Source: Trypethelium eluteriae (lineage: Eukaryota). From it: DNA of 20,000 nucleotides. The stretch spans positions 48,059 through 68,058 of the forward strand of contig JAVECL010000058.1 of the NCBI GenBank assembly GCA_051942245.1. Direction: 5' to 3'. The notes below the pieces were generated by a model that saw only the letters and a program-made list of their open reading frames with translations, did not search any database and had not been told where the DNA came from. A program made the translations under genes and the position numbers. This document shows positions 1 to 10,935 of the stretch, in pieces (position 1 is the first letter of the stretch; every line of letters starts with the position of its first letter).

Positions 1-574
1 GTCCAACTATGCCGTAACTAGACTGTAGATGAACGCACGAGAAATTCATGGACCTTCTTCTCACCAATTAGTTCATTATCCTGTCAGTCTCGATGTTCCC
101 AAATAGCACGTGTAAAAACAGACGGACCACGGGCAGACATGACTAGGTAATCTGAAGAACATGGCTGGGAAAGATATATAAGCACTAGGGTCTGAGTGGC
201 AGGGCCTCAATTACTTTAGCCAGTTGAAACAGCGTACCGAGAAGCCAGGGGCTTAGGAACATCTTCAGTGCATTCTGATTCGCTCGGCTCGTGTCGTAAA
301 ATTGGTAAGTTCGCGTTGCAACACTTTGCACCTACCTACGGGGTACTGCACATGGAGACGGAGATAAGCCAAAACTCCGGCGAGAGTAAACAAACTGCTA
401 GATGATGCTTTCTCTGAGCTCTACCTTAATGGGCGAAAGAGTGTCTAAACTCCGGTTCTCGGAAGACTGTTTAGTCACTGTGCTTTTCTTGCCTAGTAGT
501 TCGACTTGAAGTACACATGCTATCTCCCCACAACCGCTCTTGAAGGTCCTGTCTCACTACCCTTCACTTCTGAA

Positions 575-1395
575 ATGTCTTATACGCTCAAAGGCCGTAA
601 GGTCCTTGTCACCGGGGGTGCTCGTGGAATTGGTGAGAATGCCATGAGTCTCTTTACGCCTTCCGCTCGTCTGCTTCTTCTAAGATTTGAGTAGGGGCAG
701 TGATTGCGAAGAAATTTGCCGCTGAGGGCTGTGATGTTGCCATCAACTACCTCAATTCACAGAAGATAGCAGAATCACTAGCAAACAAAATCGAGCGAGA
801 ATTTGGGGTCAGAGCTATCACAATCCAGGGAGACATGTCGCGCATGGCGGACTGCAGGGCGTTGGTGCAGACGACGATCAAAGAGCTCGGCGGTCTCGAC
901 GTGATGATTTCGAACGCCGGAAACACGAAAATCGCTCCATTCGGAGATCTTTACGCCCTCACCGAAGAAGACTGGGACTACGCGTGGAATATACTGACCA
1001 AAGCCAATGTATTCCTACTCCAGGAAGCCCTTCCTACCTTCAAAGCGAATCCCGACGGTGGTGTGTTCCTGATCATGGACTCTTTGGCAGGACTGATCAC
1101 GAACGGCTCATCGATGGCATACTCTGTGACCAGAGCAGCAACTTTGCACTTGATGCAATGCCTGGCTCAGACACAAGGACCAAAAGTTCGCGTCAATGCT
1201 GTGTGCCCAGGTCTGGTTAGTACCGAGAGAACAGCTGTGTTCACGCCAGAACAGACCAAAGGTTATGAAGAAATGGCTGTATTGAAGAGAATCACGAAGA
1301 TAGAAGAAGCGGCCGATGCGTTTGTCTTCTTGGCAAAGAACGGTGGAGTGACTGGGGAACGGATCAGAGTAGATTCGGGCATGGCTATTCGCTGA
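575..1395 (+). CDS. Classical short-chain dehydrogenase/reductase (SDR); 2 exons, 575-632 and 695-1395
   Basis: ATG at 575 gives MSYTLKGRKVLVTGGARGIG (TGxxxGxG Rossmann motif). Intron 633-694 (GTGAGA...CTAAG branch...TAG) restores the frame into the 700..1395 ORF. That ORF contains GGLDVMISNAG, the catalytic YSVTR segment, VRVNAVCPG and VTGERIRVDSG. Confidence 0.93.
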
Positions 1396-2594
1396 TGGAT
1401 AGTGATCTAGTCCTATTCGTCAAGATGACGAGTAGACTGTTGACCGTTTGTCAGTATGTATGAAAGAAGCTTAAAAAGCCTAGAGAAACATCTCGGTGCA
1501 GGATCCATGCAGTTCCGACCAATTCATGATTCTAGACCCTTGTTTGTGTTCTTGGGAGTTGGAGAGCGGAGTCCTTCATCCACGGCTTATCGCCCGTATT
1601 CATGGACCTGATCTGGAGCGCTGCGCCGACCAAGCGGATATGACTGACGGAAGATTTGTGTATGATGCTAAGAGTAAGCCTATAGTCGATCACTAAGTAG
1701 AAAATGGGTATGTACGGAGTAGGTTTTGCCTCCATCTTACTCCCCCGTTAGTGCCAGCATCCACTTTAGGTCTTATGTCCAATGCCGAATGTTACTGCAG
1801 CACGACGCTGCTTTTCCACTCAAGGCAAGTTCTGAAGCTATTACGGAGTGCTCACACGTGTAATATGTACTCTTAGTGGCGCGGAGCTGAACTTGAGAAA
1901 GGGTATTCTTGGCGTGGTGCGGCTGAATGCTGATCCCTGAAGAGATCCCGTCTTGTCGCCTTTTCACTAATTACAACCACAATAATAGTAGTCAGGGACC
2001 AGAAGTGACCAAAAATGGCAAGATCTCCTGCTTTAGTGTCTCAAAGACGGCTACATTCCAAGCCACTTGGGGCAAGACGGTACTATCATAGGCAAGGCAG
2101 CAAATCATTAAATTTCAGCTTACCGGGGCTGATGATCTAGTCTGCCTTCTCCTCAGGAGGCCAATAGGATATCAAGGAAGAGCGGCCATACATCTGTTGG
2201 ACGGAAAAACCCTCGACAGTTCCCATCCACCCCACCTGTACCGCTACAATCTAGCCAGATCGAGCGCGTTCATTATCTTTCAGCCCCTATCTTCGTCGGT
2301 CGGCTCTATTAGATACACGGAGATACCGAGGAATGGCGTTCACCAGCCTAGAAAGTTGAGGCTCTGCGGAACACTAAGCATGACTCTATTCGAGATTTGG
2401 TTGCCTTGCGTGTAGGGGCCGTTGGACCGAGCCCGGGAGCTGCCACTATGTAGATCGTGGGGGTTTGTTAGACTGTCTGGCCACGAGATCGCGAGCTTTA
2501 TAAGTGCGATGGGGGCCAACTGGAACATTCGCGCTTCTTTCGCCGGTGTGTCGAGTTCTGTCGGCCCTATATCCATTCCACTTACGCTATAGCC

Positions 2595-5198
2595 ATGCCT
2601 TCCAACCCGAAATCCTTCGACGCCGGTAGGCGTGGCACCGTACAGCCAGCGAACGAACGTCCAAAAGCTGGATGGTGGGAGCGCCATACATATAAGAACA
2701 CCAAATGGCCCTATCTGCATTACAAGACGGACTACTTCAGCGGCGGTCATGGCTGGGCTCAGGGACATCGGTATCGACGACCAACCCGGACGTATGTTGA
2801 GGAGGAGTTCCTGGAAGGCCACAAACTGCAAGACTGTGGTATTGACACCGAGGCCGAGTATCAACACCGAGACATCTTCGGCCGTGTCACTCACCAGAAA
2901 CGCGATGTCGCAATGTACATCAGTCCCTCGGAAAGCAAGCCAAAGCGTCTCATCGTCCAGTGCACCTCTGAGGTTCTGAACAAACGTAACGCGGGAGATT
3001 GGAATCGAGTCAAAATATCAGGCTCACTTCCCCCGGTATTAGCAATTTCGGAATGGGCGCTGCGGCCTGCAAGCCGACGCGGCAAGAAGCATCGATCTTG
3101 CCTGGGGATTATAATCATGTTGTTCAGGGTGCTCATCGTTGCCATCCCAGTGCTTCTCCTCCTCTTGTTTCCGGACTTCATCTTCGAGAGCCAAGACTTC
3201 GCCGATTCCTACAACGAATTTCCCAACTATTGCTGGGATTACCCCAGGGCTTCCAGCAATGCTTTGGATATGAGACCTACTTATAATGAGAACAAGCTGA
3301 CCGATCGCCGGGAGATGGAAAGAATATCCAATCGTACTCGACTGTTGCGCCCTCGATTGCTGGTGGTCTTTAAAGATGGCCAGTGGCAAGTCGAGTCACA
3401 AGAAAGCGAAGGGAGAAGACATCGACCATACATCTTTATCAGTTCGTACCGGGGCCACTTCCCAGTCCACGACGTCGACCCAAGTGTCAAAGGAAAGGCT
3501 CGGAACGATATCCACGCTATGGCACGTCAATGCGCAAAAGAGGAAGGCGTTGAAGCATATTGGATTGACCACGAATGTATTGAGGAGAATGACGGGCCTT
3601 TGAAGACCGCTGACCTCCACCGAATGTGCGATGTCATCCGTGGAGCTGCACGAACTTGCATCATGCTCCCGGATTTCTCGATCAAGAGCATGCAGGAATG
3701 GGGCGATCGAATGTGGACACTTCCAGAAGCCCTCCTTTCCCCCGCAGCACATCTCAAGTTATGCATTCTCTCCTCCTTAAAGGACAATACCCCCGCAAGC
3801 CAACCATCCGACCTCATCCAACCCAGCAACCTCGAAATCAAAACCCAGCTCTGGACTAAACTTGACATGAGCGACGAAATCTGGGGCGCCTCCTCCTCCT
3901 CAGATGAGCAACAAGCCACCCGCCTCCTCGCCGAGTCCTTCTCCGGCGTCCTCGACCTCTCCCGCCTCGGCCTCTTCACCATCGCGCTCGAAGCCCTGTC
4001 CGCCCGGCACCAGAACGGCGCCTTCTCACACGCCGACGTCGCGTACGCGCTAATGGGCTTCTTGCGCGAGCGCATCTCGTTCGACGCCCACGAGACAGAG
4101 TTCCAGGGGCTCGCACGGCTGTCGCTGGCCAACGACTCCGACCGGCTGCTCGAGCGCATGATCTGCATGCAGCCGGACGAGGCGACGGCGAGCTCGGAGC
4201 ACTTCTTTGTCGCGCACACCCGGCGCGACAAGTATCTGTCGCGGCTGTGGGATGTGGAGCCGCTGTGCCAGATTGCGGGGGTGGGCGAGGAGGACGGGCA
4301 GGTGATTCTGGACGGGTGTCGCGGGGTGTCGATTCGGTGGCGCGCGTTTCCGCAGCTGAAGTATCGGCGCATGCAGGGGTTGCTGAATCTGCTGGCGGAG
4401 TTGACGCTGCGGACGTGCGCGCTGTGGCTTACGACGGGCCTGTCGCTGCTGGCGATCTATGGTGGGTATGTGGAGAACGATATTGGGCGGGGTTGGGATC
4501 ATGCCCAGCAAGGGACTTCGAGCTGGAATAGCTTCGAGCTGGATGCGGGATTGACGGCGTTGGGCGCGATCGCCCTGTGTGCGGCGGTGCTGCTGGCGCT
4601 TGCGGTACCTTCCAGCGTCCGCCGGTTCTATGGCGGGTATGTCCAGTCCTGTGCGCCCTGGCTGGTAGGCTTTGAGGGTGTTATGCCTTGCGAGGAGCTG
4701 GAGACGCTGGTCTTTGGGAATAATGACAAACGGTTGACGTATGAGCCATCGAGTACGCTATTCTGTGAACGCGAGGATAGTGAGAGGATTGGTAAGGAGC
4801 CAGCATGGGTGACCGATCCATCGAAGCGGCCGAAGCTGCCGAAGGGCCATCGATTGTTTACGCTGGTGGATACTGGGAATCTGACGATTAATATTTTCTC
4901 AGCACGGAGGCCACCGTCAGTGGCTCTGATCTGCGGACGGGAGGGGGGCATGTTGAGGACGGTTCTTTGCCACTATGAGGCGAGCAAGAACTGCTTGTAC
5001 AAGGAAACGGTGATGAGGATGGACTCCGTGACGCTTAACCATGCCAAGATGTTGAGTTGGGTGAAGGTCAGCTTGGGAAATCATCTATATTTTCAAAAGA
5101 GGAGGGCGAATACACTACCCAAAAAGCCGGCAGTTGTAAATGTGAGGGAAGTAAGCGATTCGATTTCGGACGCGAGTATGGGACGCGTAGGGCATTAA
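2595..5198 (+). CDS. 867-aa intronless protein with a HET (heterokaryon incompatibility, PF06985-like) domain and about 3 predicted transmembrane helices
   Basis: Long open ORF. HET-like motifs appear in order at about 3423-3740: PYIFISSY, AYWIDHECI, DLHRMCDVIRGA, WGDRMWTLPEALL. Hydrophobic segments are CLGIIIMLFRVLIVAIPVLLLLLFP (about 3099-3173), LTLRTCALWLTTGLSLLAIYGG and AGLTALGAIALCAAVLLALAVP. The domain call is by motif recognition only. Confidence 0.75.
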   Translation: MPSNPKSFDAGRRGTVQPANERPKAGWWERHTYKNTKWPYLHYKTDYFSGGHGWAQGHRYRRPTRTYVEEEFLEGHKLQDCGIDTEAEYQHRDIFGRVTHQKRDVAMYISPSESKPKRLIVQCTSEVLNKRNAGDWNRVKISGSLPPVLAISEWALRPASRRGKKHRSCLGIIIMLFRVLIVAIPVLLLLLFPDFIFESQDFADSYNEFPNYCWDYPRASSNALDMRPTYNENKLTDRREMERISNRTRLLRPRLLVVFKDGQWQVESQESEGRRHRPYIFISSYRGHFPVHDVDPSVKGKARNDIHAMARQCAKEEGVEAYWIDHECIEENDGPLKTADLHRMCDVIRGAARTCIMLPDFSIKSMQEWGDRMWTLPEALLSPAAHLKLCILSSLKDNTPASQPSDLIQPSNLEIKTQLWTKLDMSDEIWGASSSSDEQQATRLLAESFSGVLDLSRLGLFTIALEALSARHQNGAFSHADVAYALMGFLRERISFDAHETEFQGLARLSLANDSDRLLERMICMQPDEATASSEHFFVAHTRRDKYLSRLWDVEPLCQIAGVGEEDGQVILDGCRGVSIRWRAFPQLKYRRMQGLLNLLAELTLRTCALWLTTGLSLLAIYGGYVENDIGRGWDHAQQGTSSWNSFELDAGLTALGAIALCAAVLLALAVPSSVRRFYGGYVQSCAPWLVGFEGVMPCEELETLVFGNNDKRLTYEPSSTLFCEREDSERIGKEPAWVTDPSKRPKLPKGHRLFTLVDTGNLTINIFSARRPPSVALICGREGGMLRTVLCHYEASKNCLYKETVMRMDSVTLNHAKMLSWVKVSLGNHLYFQKRRANTLPKKPAVVNVREVSDSISDASMGRVGH

Positions 5199-5295
5199 TT
5201 GATTGTCATCATTGTGGTGACATATCCTATCCGCTTCTCTCCTTTTTCTCCATTAGGTATCAAGATATTCCTCCTATATACTCCGTAAAGTGATC

Positions 5296-7658
5296 TTAAT
5301 TAAGGCCAAGCTCACGTTCATGTCGTTGAATCGTTTGCTCCATGAGAGTGGGATTTGAAATGACCATCCGATCAAGTTCTTGAGATACTTCTCCTTCGAA
5401 GATATTTGAACTCGTTCCTGACCACTGCGAACACTCGGGAGTAATTGCCGAAGATGCAGAATAGTCTGGAATAGCTTTTGGTTTGACTCCAACTTCGTTG
5501 CATGAGTCCAATAAGCTATTGTAGGCCGTATACGCTGTGTTTGACACGATTTGCAGAACTCGAAGACCCTGAAGCATTAATGAAAACATCGCTTCGACCA
5601 TGCTTATCGAAAGTGTTTGATTTTTGTACAGGTAAATGATCGAATTGCCAGCTCTGAAGAGGGCATCAACAACGTTCTCGGGATATGGACTTTGTAGGAG
5701 GATACTGTTTTGTAGTGGGCTTCCTGTACTCGTTTGGTCGACGTGGACAGCTATTCTCGCCGAATTGGCCATTTCTCTGGCAGAGCTAAGGCGTAACTCG
5801 TATTCATTAGAAAGTAGATGTGCGTATCCGGTTGCACTCAGCATGTCGATCAATGTCAAAACGCCCAATGTATGGTCGATGTTTAATAGAACTTAGCTAC
5901 GGTCAGTCCAGGAAGCACGCCACCATGAAGCAGGGGTAAGGGGTAAGTCCTAACGTACAGCAAGTAACGCGTATTTTTTCATTCAATAAGATGAAGTCTC
6001 TCTTACAAAGCCCAAGAAGATATTCGAATGATTCGTTAAATCGATTGAATTCCCGAAGCGCGGATGTCGTGGCTTCTTCGACGGAGATATCGGTTAAGTG
6101 GTGATAAAGGGCATCTTGAACGCGTGAGATGGCGGCCCACACCATGGCTCGGCATGCGGTACCGTGACCAACAACGCCATAGAGAACATCGACGGATATT
6201 GGCACTCGTGAGTTGCGCCAATTCTTGCAGCCTGCTTTGAACTCATCGACCTGTTGCCGAACTTGATCCCAGACCTGGCCGTCAGTCGAGGTAACACTAG
6301 CGATGATAGGGGGTAGACTCTTCGCTAGGCTCCTGGAAGTGTCGCACATAATGCCGAACCAGAATGCAATTTCTTCCATTTGCGCATACTCGAGGGGCGA
6401 AACCTCCGATGTTGAAGTCGAATTTCCACTTGGATTTGTGACCAATACTGTTTTCGCATTGGTACTGGATAGAAGGCGTGACTGCGTTGAAATGGTCTTG
6501 AGATGCTGCAAAGAAACTTGCAAGCATGCTTCACTGATGTTTGGTTCTGTGACGTCGGCTGGGACCGGGGTATTCCCAAAGAGGTGGAGGGCAAGGATAG
6601 AGCAGTATGTAGGCTGGGTCATCGGGGAGTAGATTCTCTTTTGAGCCTTCGTCCAAAGGGACTTTACCAGATCTTCTTTGAGCTTTGAGCCTGCAGCCAG
6701 TGAGATACCGGGCGCTACATCTTCAAATGGCAACCACCGAGCGGAGTAAGCATGAACAGCACTAAGCAATGCCTGTCGTAAGGATTCCTTGTCACTTGGC
6801 GAAAGGATTTGCACAGGCTCTATTGAAACAGCAAGCTGAGGATCCACTAGTCGTCTCCGATAGCTGGTCAATGTCAGAACCAGCCTTGAGATCAGTCTCG
6901 TAGGCGCCTAGATCATCAGTTGAGGGAAACCCTGTTTACAGAGGTGAACGTACTGTATATGTACTCTTAAAGGGACAGCAGGCACTCCCAATCCAGATCC
7001 CCACCTGGGTCTCAAATCGGTTGACGAAGACATCCCAGAGCATTTGGTGGAGTCTCATAGCTTGTTGCTGCAGAGCAAGAGAATCTTCTTCCTTCGTAGC
7101 CAACAATTTGCTGCCATGGCTCGAGGCATCGGACATGCGTCTCTTATCATCTTCGACGCTTGCAACCGGGACTTTTGAGACGGTAGCATAATCAGTATCG
7201 CTATGCTCACTCTGAACTCCCGTCTTCTCATCATGGACAAAGGTAAACGATCGCTTCACCCCACGAGGATTCGCGTTGGCTATGTGCTGCAAGGTCTACA
7301 TTAGTCTTGTAATAGCTCAGGATGAAGTGGGCTCCATTTTGACAGGGCCCGCTGCAACATCGTGACCGCACACGCAACAATGCCTATTAACCCTACAACT
7401 CTCTTTCCATCAACACTTCTAGCTGCAGCTTTGAATGACATGGGTAGGCCACAGCAGGTCAAAGGGCCCGGCAATCTCCCACATCCCCGTGTCTCGGAGC
7501 CATCTGTTCCCACATACCTTCAGAGTGCATTCGCGCCCTCGACGCTTGCAATTAGAACAGGGGTCGCCTTCATCTTTGATACGCACGTCGCACCCGATTC
7601 GCAGCTTGCGGCATGCGTCGCAGCTTGAATTCTGCTTTCGGCTCGGCCGAGAAGCCAT
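5296..7658 (-). CDS. Zn(II)2Cys6 fungal transcription factor; exons 7658-7518, 7286-6954, 6907-5959, 5891-5296
   Basis: The N-terminus has SCDACRKLRIGCDVRIKDEGDPCSNCKRRGRECT (CX2CX6CX10CX2CX6C). Three introns join four ORFs of the track in frame: 7517-7287 (GTATGT...ACTAAT...CAG), 6953-6908 (GTACGT...TAG) and 5958-5892 (GTACGT...CTGAC...AAG). Confidence 0.88.
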
Positions 7659-7774
7659 AGGGATTTGATAGGATCATTTGTGGCCGTGAAGTCGTCAGAG
7701 GGCTAGGTATCGGCGTTAGCAGGGGTTGAGGGAGCACCAAGCTTTAAAGAGTTACCAGGTTCCGATCTTGTGGA

Positions 7775-7787
7775 CGGAACGGTTCCG
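7775..7787. promoter_or_regulatory. Perfect inverted repeat CGGAAC-G-GTTCCG (CGG-N7-CCG), candidate Zn2Cys6 binding site
   Basis: The palindrome is read directly and lies about 117 bp upstream of the Zn2Cys6 gene ATG, among further CGG/CCG triplets (7761-7797). Function is inferred from the known preference of this family for CGG triplets. Confidence 0.35.
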
Positions 7788-8545
7788 GACGTATCCGTCA
7801 GTGATGTCACGGTCACGAGACTTTTGCCTTCTTCAACACTCCCAAGGTGCTGCAGTTCATACTGTACACAACCCTATTTCTTATTTTCGACGATAGCAAT
7901 GCTCTACAGATTAGATCACTGAGTGCTGGTGTATCGTTGATCCTAGAATCCTCACGTCGCACCACGTTGGAGCTGGTCGACTATCCTGACCTACGCATCA
8001 AATGCATACAGACATCAAGCAGGGGTGGGATTTGAGCAGAATAATCAGGAAGGCCATCCAGTCTTAAAGAGTACGATCTAAGTAGATGCTCAATGTTTTG
8101 GCTTTTGACGCCAATATATTCGTCCTCTCTCATCTCATGATGGCTTTGAGGCTCAATAGTTTCACCAGTTTGTTTCATGCCGCGCCAACGGGAGAGCCGG
8201 TGGATTTGGCGGCGATGGCACTAGATATCCAGATCTGGTTCCTGTAGATCCCATCCTATCCACGGTACTGGCGCACGGCTTCGACCGTTCTTCAGAACGT
8301 TCGGTTGTGCGGATCAGGAGAATATCGTATTTAGCCGGCCCAAGAACCAGGCAGTTTCCCCGCCGTACTATACACCGCAGATCGTGCGAAATTATTCCTG
8401 GTGGCACTGCGTCATGTTCGTGAATGGTAATGGATAATCTTACATTCAGCCGTCAAAATTTCCGCTTTAGACATCTGGTGGTTTATAATAACGTCGCCTC
8501 CGCCATGCCAAGATCAACCTTCATTGGGCTCTGTGCATCGTTAAA

Positions 8546-9877
8546 ATGTTGTTTACGAAATCCATTCTGACAGCGCTCGCTGCTGCCCAATTGGCGTACG
8601 GTTGGAGCAGGCTCCAGACGGCGACAAACTCTTCGGATTCCTGGAATCTCAAAAAATTCACATCATTTACGGTCTTTGGTGACAGTTACACTGATGAGAG
8701 CAGACTTGGATATTTTATCTCTCACAATGGATCAGCACCACCGATAGGATGGGTTGACCCGGAGGTAAGCTTTAGACTAGACTGTCGGCAATTTGTCGTC
8801 AATTAGTTGGAGACTGAAATCTGTGAAAGAGCTTTGATGCATCGGATGGCGGTCGAATATGGGCTAGATACGTTGTTCAATATACTGGTAAGGAGCGCCT
8901 CAGGAATCAAAATCCGTGCTGCTGAATTTTGGCTTGCAAGGTGTAAATCTATACAATTACGCAGTATCTGGTGCTGTGTGCTCCAATGACATCACGCCTC
9001 GCTTTTTCTCCGCCATCAACGCTCCATTCCCAAGCGTTCGTGAATACGAGATTCCTGCCTTTATTGCGGATAGTCAGTACGTCGAGCCCAATGGCACAAA
9101 ATTTTTGGATATTCCGACAGACGAGACTGTCTACGCTATGTGGATTGGGACGAATGTGAGAAGTTCTCATTGGCACCGCTGCAACATTTCTGACATTGTT
9201 CCACAGGACCTTGGATATGATGCTTTTATCCAGGATAGCCAAATCAATAACACGACTCTAGTCGACTATATTGATTGCGTGTTCAACTCCTTCGATAGCC
9301 TATATGCCAATGGCGGGCGATATTTTGTCCTGCTTAACGTTGCGCCATTGTATCACGCTCCCATCTATGCTCTTCCTTCTGAAGGTGGGGTCGGACCAGG
9401 ACCGAATCAGTATTGGGACTATAAGCCAGACAATACGACTGAAATCAGTGATCGAATGCTCGAGCAAGTTGTCTCCGTCAACGGAATTTACAAATATGAG
9501 CTCCCATTCGAAGTAAAGCTTGCAAATCGGTATCCCGGGGCTCACTTCGCCCTGTATGATGTTTACAGCTTGGTGCGCTCCTAAAACACGAACAGCGGTA
9601 TCACACAACATGGAAGACTGACATGTGGTAGATGAATGACATCTGGAACAACCCCCAGACGTATCTCAATGGCAGTGCGCCACTCAACGTTACCGGATAC
9701 GAGAACCACTGCAATGCCAATAATACCGACTGTGTCGACATTGGTGCATCAAGTCCGGACTCATTCATGTGGTACGATATCCTCCATCCTAGCGAGCAGA
9801 CCGATCGGATTATCGCGCAGAATTTCGTGGATGTAGTGAGGGGTGAGAGTCAATTCGCGACGTATTGGGCATCGTGA
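8546..9877 (+). CDS. Secreted SGNH/GDSL hydrolase, probably carbohydrate esterase family 16 (acetylesterase); exons 8546-8764, 8830-8887, 8941-9155, 9207-9572, 9632-9877
   Basis: Signal-peptide-like start MLFTKSILTALAAAQLAYG. SGNH blocks are present: FGDSYTD (block I), NYAVSGA (II), WIGTN|D across an intron (III) and WYDILHPS (V). Four GT-AG introns keep the frame. A TATA-like TTTATAA lies at about 8482. Confidence 0.9.
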
Positions 9878-10935
9878 AGGACAGGAGTAAGACAGACACC
9901 TAGATTGAGAGGACATCAAACTGTTCCACTACCATGTATATCAAAGCTTAGACCAGGCAAACAGGGGGCGTAAAGTATCAAAAGTCGAGCCTCGGTTGGA
10001 CTCCAGAAACTTGACGAATAATAAGGTCACCTTCATTCATTGCTTCGAATCGCCCAATAAATCATGCGAAGACGGCAAACAGTCTACCGCGGGCAATTGT
10101 TTGCCTACTCTGTGGAATTTGGCCCCCATTCGTGGCACCGCGCGTCGCAGGCGGAACCTGAATCGAATAGGGAAGCAGACCGCTTTGGACCCACGCAAGC
10201 GAGTGGTCATGCCGTGAACGCCAAGACGAGGTCGGATAGCATAATTTAAGATGTTATCCGTCAGGTCCGTAGCTGCGTGGACTCTTGGAGTGCCCAGATT
10301 GCCACTTTCTGGACGGTCAAAGCCTCTGCAGGAGTGAAGTGAAGAAAAGTCGGATAGGATATATCTCGCCAAGAAGCCTCTTGGAATCAAGGCAAGCTCG
10401 GAATCGCTGCCAAGAAAACGTCTGAAAATGTCAGATGAATAACGCGGGAGAAGAGCAGGGGATGCGAAGTTAAATTTCTTGGCCTGGTTCGCAGGCGCGA
10501 ATAAAATCCCGTCTGTAGTGCCCGCTAAGCCTCTCATCACGGAAAACCAACAATCCTCTCTGCAGGCGCATCATCAAGCGAGCTTCAAATATACAAATGG
10601 CCTCCTGATTCGCCCTCAAATCGTGTAGGTAAGTACGGATGCGCTTGATCAGGCCACCCGAATTTCAACATGCAACTTTCGCGACAAATGAGTATGAGCT
10701 GAGTGGTGGTGATATGTAAAGAATACTTTGTGCGCCTGGCGTTACGCTATGCATCCAACTCCCTTGATTTTCAGCACCCTACCTAAAGTATGCCTCATTA
10801 AATCATCAGCCCTGTGACACTTCGCTATTGTTCTTCAATTACCCAGTCGTACTACTCTCTTGAACCTGGTCGCCTATCGGCTAAGTGGCATCGTGAGGCT
10901 TTCTACGGTTCTTGACTAGCACAACTATCCAACCT

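Noticed and set aside
174..496. TATATATAA at about 174 plus a possible 5' UTR intron (GTAAGT 305 to TAG 496) for the SDR
   Set aside because: It is plausible but cannot be told from chance signals without transcript data.
1496..2415. Several short ORFs between the SDR and the HET-like gene
   Set aside because: All are short, mostly with non-ATG starts, and none resembles a known family.
3527..4511. Long minus-strand ORFs (281 aa and 153 aa)
   Set aside because: They are antisense shadows of the GC-rich part of the 867-aa gene and carry no motifs.
9996..10540. Overlapping ORFs of 61-167 aa downstream of the esterase
   Set aside because: There are no recognisable motifs and no consistent exon structure, so no gene can be supported.
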